From Moniliella sp. 'wahieum' (taxonomy: Eukaryota), in assembly GCA_003971905.1 (NCBI GenBank), contig RSEE01000003.1, forward strand, positions 1,302,001 through 1,331,815: 29,815 bases of DNA, read 5' to 3'. The notes under the pieces are model-generated. The model saw nothing but the letters and a program-made list of their open reading frames with translations. It searched no databases and was not told the origin of the DNA. The position numbers and the translations under genes are program-made. Positions within the stretch are counted from its first letter, which is position 1. Every line of letters begins with the position of its first letter. Shown one piece after another: positions 25,200-29,815 of this stretch.

Positions 25200-27000
25200 G
25201 GTGGGGCAACGGGAGGCCATTTAGGCAGGGGCAGCGAGTGGTTTTGATCCACATGCTTGGCCTGCAAAAACATCGGTCGGGTGATACTAGCCCAATGCAG
25301 AAGCCCACGATCTTGGCACGTTGCCCTTGCACATCTTGCACGCTGTGTTTCAAGTGGAGCGACGTTACACATTGCAACCTTTTCTTGTTCACTCGGCCCC
25401 TTCGCCTCGATCGCCTTCTGTAACGGAGCGTCCCGCCGACGCACAATCTGCCCCCCTCTCCTTTGAACTTGATTCCATCTGGGAGAAGAGGGGGGAAGTT
25501 ACTCTGATATGCAGTAGAATGATATTGGCCCCAAGACGAGACGGGGCTTGGAAGCATATGACTGGGCAGCTTCCACAGCGTCATCATGTTGAGGGATGGT
25601 CAAGTGTAAAGCGATGTCGGACCACTAACATTTCCCACGTAAATGAAAAGCGGGCACTGGTTTGACCCATGTCCTTGCCGTAGTGCTCGGACACTCTTGA
25701 CCATTCATTTCCGCCTGCATATGCGTGCCTGTACGTTCCGGCCTGCACAAGCGCGTCGGTCAGTATATCATACCGGAGGAAGTGTGGGTGAAGATCGTCG
25801 TCGTACATGTAAAACCTGTAGAGGTAATCATGACCCCGGTATTGGGCAGGGCCGTGCGGATCATCGTTTCGGCTTTAGTATGAATGGCGCTGACGGTCAG
25901 CGGCAGCAAGCTTGAGGTGAGGAATGCGTTTGCCGTGTGGAAGGGATAGCGTATCGGGAAGGTCGGTCCGGTCTCCGCCGGGAGTGCGCCTGAGAAGGGC
26001 TTGGGCATGCTGCTGGGACCAGGCCGGGCGTTCGACCCATTCGATAAGTCCTGGGTGGAGACCAATGCGGTTTCCATGTTGAGGAACACCCAGCCACTCT
26101 GGGAGATCAGCTGGCCCGTCTGTGTGGGGCAGCGGATGTGTGGGGGCCGCAAATTGGGGAAGGGAGAACACAGGGAGGCGCAATGGGGCGACAACCTGCT
26201 GCGAGTGGCGAACAAAAGATGCGAGGTGGAGGATTCATTTTGGCACAGCTCGGGTTAGGTGGTCGTGGTCGCCAGGCCACCTGATCAACAAACGTCCAGC
26301 AAGGCAGTCACATCCACGATCAGTATCCAATCGAGAGTGAGGCTCATTGACACTACCCATCCCGTCTCCATCCTCTTCAGGGGTCCAACGAGGGTAATGA
26401 AGAGCAGCCACGCCCCCCCCCCCGGACCTGTTCTACGCACCCATTCCCCAACGCAACAGCAGCGAGCAGCTTCTGCTCTTCGCAGCCGTAGAGGCCTTCG
26501 CTGCCGGTGCATCCGCAGGGGCGGAAGGCGTGCCCTGCCTTTGCCAATATTCCCTGTATTGGCGCCTTGCCCAACTGGCTGGGGGGATATCGAAGCGAGA
26601 GTTAAGGGCTACTGGAGTACACGCACGTGCTTCTGGAGCGGCGTCCAGCTAATGGGAAATGTCAGCAACTTGGGCTCCAGCAGAAGGGGTAGGAACACGT
26701 ACAGGAATCGCCACCATCGAAGTTACGGTACCCCATGGGGGCCGCCGCCAAGTTGATTTGCATTCCACCATGCAGCCTGTCGACCTCGGTAATGCAGCCG
26801 CCGTCTCGCAGCCAGTTTGGGTACGGCATCGACAAGGATGGACAGCAAAAGCGGTGCCCAGGGGCGTGCCCCCCGTGAGCACGCATCCGGATTGGTGCGC
26901 AACGAGAGGACGAGGATGAAGAGGCAGCAAGGACACGAGGCGTAGCAGAGCCCCAGAGTGTTGGCGGTGGAGAAAAGCGGTCCCAAACGCAGCCAGGCCA
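25200..27000 (-). pseudogene. Copy B of the same family (boundaries approximate)
   Basis: The 18-mer AATGTCAGCAACTTGGGC at 26658 is identical to 21637. 26150-26385 aligns with 28390-28622 (PEEDGDGMGSVNEPHSRLDT vs PEEDADGVISISGPRSRLNI). Confidence 0.5.
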
Positions 27001-27549
27001 GAATCGGGAGGGGGGACTTGGGCGATGTGGCCGCTGCCAATGTGGAGGAATTTCTGCGTGCCCAGCGAGCGGCAAACGCACGTCACCCCGCGAAGGGAGC
27101 AGCCCTTTCTGCGCGTCTCGCGCAGAGGCGGCCGATTGCGGTTGATTGTGGGGGTGCTCGGTTTGCGTCCGCTGCCGCCGTTTGTCGTTGCGGCCACGAC
27201 TATCACAACCAAGCTTCCCTTCCTCTGACATGGCAGCAGCCCTGTGGACTTGCACTGCAGCCGGGAGCGCTGCTGACGGCGGCAAGGCACCCGCTCGTTG
27301 GCCAGCATATGCTTCTTCCACGCAGGCCTGGTGCACAGCTGCTGAAGCAGGCGGGTGGAGCGCGTCGGACACCGGTTGCGCACGTCCCTTGCTGCGCAAA
27401 GCCCAACCCGCGCCTTCCGTACAACAGAGGGGATAGTAATGCGCCCATGCCTTGCGAGGGCGCTGCCCAACGTCAAGCACAGCAGTGCCTGCACTTTCAC
27501 CGCATACGCGTCGCATCCTCTGGCTAAGAGGCATTGGTACAGCCAGTTT

Positions 27550-29815
27550 CTTTGGGCAAGCACTTTCGTCCCAGTTGCTGCTGGTACTGTGTTTGGTCTG
27601 CGTGGTTGTCAGTACCTCGCACCACAAGAGATACAATAGCAGGGGCAACGTACCATCACCACAATGGGAACAAGCAAGCTTCGTCGAAACGATTGTGTAT
27701 ACCAAGTGTTCCAGATAAACCACCCATATCGACAGCAGGTAATCTTATCGTTGGTAGAGCAGCGACATCGCGCCACATTTGAAGGCCACGGACAAGATGT
27801 ACAGTACTGCACGCAAACAGTACCAGGGCCTCATGAAGCTGCGCCGCCGCACTGGAAGAATAGCGGAACCAGTCCCCAACATTGCAGTCGCCACGCGGTC
27901 GTTTGATGGTGAATGATGTCCCTTGGGCTGGGTACAGAGCGTTGTGTGGCGGGATCGCTGCGATATATGCCGGACAGCCGCAAGGAATGAATGGACACGT
28001 TTGGCTTTCCCAGGATGCAGTGCCAGCAACGAGTTCCCCAAGAAGATGCGCCTTAAATGTGCACGTACACAAAGCAAGCACGAGCAAGACAGTTTAGACC
28101 CACTTGGGACACAAGTTGTCAGAAGGCCATTAAGCCAGACCAGATTGATGGGATGGCATACCCACCGCCTTGCTTCTCTTGCTTAGGACCTGTGGTACAC
28201 ATCGCTCGCGGGGACAGTGATTGTTGCGGGACAGGTGGAACGAGACAATTCGAGCGACTAACTGGCCGCTGTTCCAACGACGGCTGTCGCATGTCAGCCG
28301 CTATCTTTGCATGCACAAGGGCATGCCGCAAGAGCCGTACCAGGGGCTCGCCGTGTGGGTACCCGCCCCAGGAGCAGCGGGGGGCGAGGGTTGGGGAAGG
28401 GGAACGAGGAAATGTGAATGACAAGGGTGGCGAATGATCAGGGGGTGGCAGCAGACGAGGATGTGGGCTGAGGATGCACTCCGACACGGCTTGGGGTGGG
28501 GGTGGTCGACAGCCACCCGAATGGCAAGCGCAGCGGACCAAGCGTCGCATCAATCCTCGATATTCAATCGAGAGCGAGGTCCACTGATGCTAATCACACC
28601 ATCTGCATCCTCTTCAGGGGTTCGAGATGCGGCACCCTTCACCCCCTGTATGGCCACGACAGCCCTGGCCTTTTGCACGGGCGGAGCCAGGAACTGCGGC
28701 TGGGACGCCTGCTCGGTCAAAAAAGCGTTCTCTGCAACAGCAAGCCGTGTCGCCGCCTAACCCCATCTTCTTCGTAGTGCTGTGACTGTGTGAAAGGCAA
28801 TCCACTGCGGCCGCTCGCACCCCGCACCCGTTCTCCACGTTCGTACCGGCCCCGCATAACAGAATATCATCGGACAGCACTTGTGCCTCGATAGCAACTT
28901 GAGGGCCTTCCTTATCTGCGAACCGAAGGAGTGCGAAGCCGGACTTGCTTGGCTTGTGGAGCAGCACCGATAGCCAGAAAGGACAGCGCCTTGTCGGCGT
29001 ACCCTCAATACTTTGAATGACTGGCTGGGGGCGTTGACTGACGAGGTGAAGGACTGCGTGATGCATGCGACCCGATTGCCTCCAGGACTGCGCCTGATCA
29101 TTGAGAAATGTCAGTAACTTTGCCACACAGAAGAATATGGACCACGTACACGCATTAACATCCACGCGAAAAAAGTCGGCGCGCTCGGCCCATCCTGGAA
29201 CGGCAATCCTCGAGAGGGGTGAGCCCGCGACCAAGCACATAATGAGGGCCGATCAGTAGCAGCATTTCTTTGCATCCTGTTGGTCGCATACCACCATGCT
29301 GCCCCCCGTTCCTCAAGCTTGAGCGAGGCCATCTCCGGATGCGCATCTCCTTCTTCACGGACACAACGACGCGGTACAAGCTTGCAATGGTTTGATCCGC
29401 GTCTTTAATGGACCTCAACTCTCTTGCAAAGCGTGTCCATTGGGCTCATTGGAACGATGCCAGGCCAGTTTGGGCGGCGGACCGCCACCATCCGAGGTTG
29501 CCACTGCCTGGCGGGATGTTTAGTTTGGTATCAAGAATGGCTCTGCAGATGGCGGGGTGATCACTTGCTTGTTTCCATCGGCTATTCGGCTCCGGCAGGC
29601 TTATTTGTACCTGTTTAGCGCGCTGGTCAGTACATCGCGGCACAACAAGACATGGGTGCTTTCGTACCAGAGTAACACACACAGTGGGTATAGCGGTAGC
29701 AACGTCGGGCAAGGCAACGGAAAAATGATTTGCACATCTAGCAATTCGTCCTGGCCGTAAGGTCAAAAGGAAGGCGGCAGCACGATAGGCCCTTCGATGT
29801 AACCAACAAACGGAA
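27550..29815 (-). pseudogene. Copy C of the same family, 5' end beyond the right edge
   Basis: Introns at 29611-29667, 28284-28340 and 27598-27653, each with a GTACG donor, CTGAC branch point and CAG acceptor. Longest open stretch is 28614-29240. In-frame TGA stops are present. Confidence 0.6.

Noticed and set aside
26649..27723. Long overlapping ORFs of 353 and 304 aa
   Set aside because: The 353-aa ORF reads through an evident intron, and both have low-complexity GC-driven composition with no domain; treated as part of the decayed paralog array.

Overview
Eukaryotic, GC-rich fungal DNA, most likely basidiomycete, judged from short GTRNGN...CTRAC...YAG introns and fungal transporter families. 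The left half holds ordinary genes: a partial unknown ORF, an intronless Mep/Amt ammonium transporter (+), a DHA1-type MFS transporter (-) and a five-exon VOC/glyoxalase gene (-) with an 8-nt microexon. The two transporters are broken by single-base indels, mostly in homopolymers, which look like uncorrected long-read errors. Ty3/gypsy chromovirus relics lie at about 10.1-12.4 kb. From about 14.8 kb onward I find no intact gene. That part contains a degenerate RecQ-like helicase next to the second half of a PDR/ABCG transporter pseudogene, then at least three diverged, intron-containing copies of an unrecognised minus-strand gene family (about 21.3-29.8 kb). Intergenic DNA shows patches of short-motif stutter, including a 7-mer series CGTCACG/CATCATG. 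No tRNA, rRNA or CRISPR array is supported, and no intact novel system is demonstrated; the best leads are the orphan paralog array and the RecQ/PDR junction.
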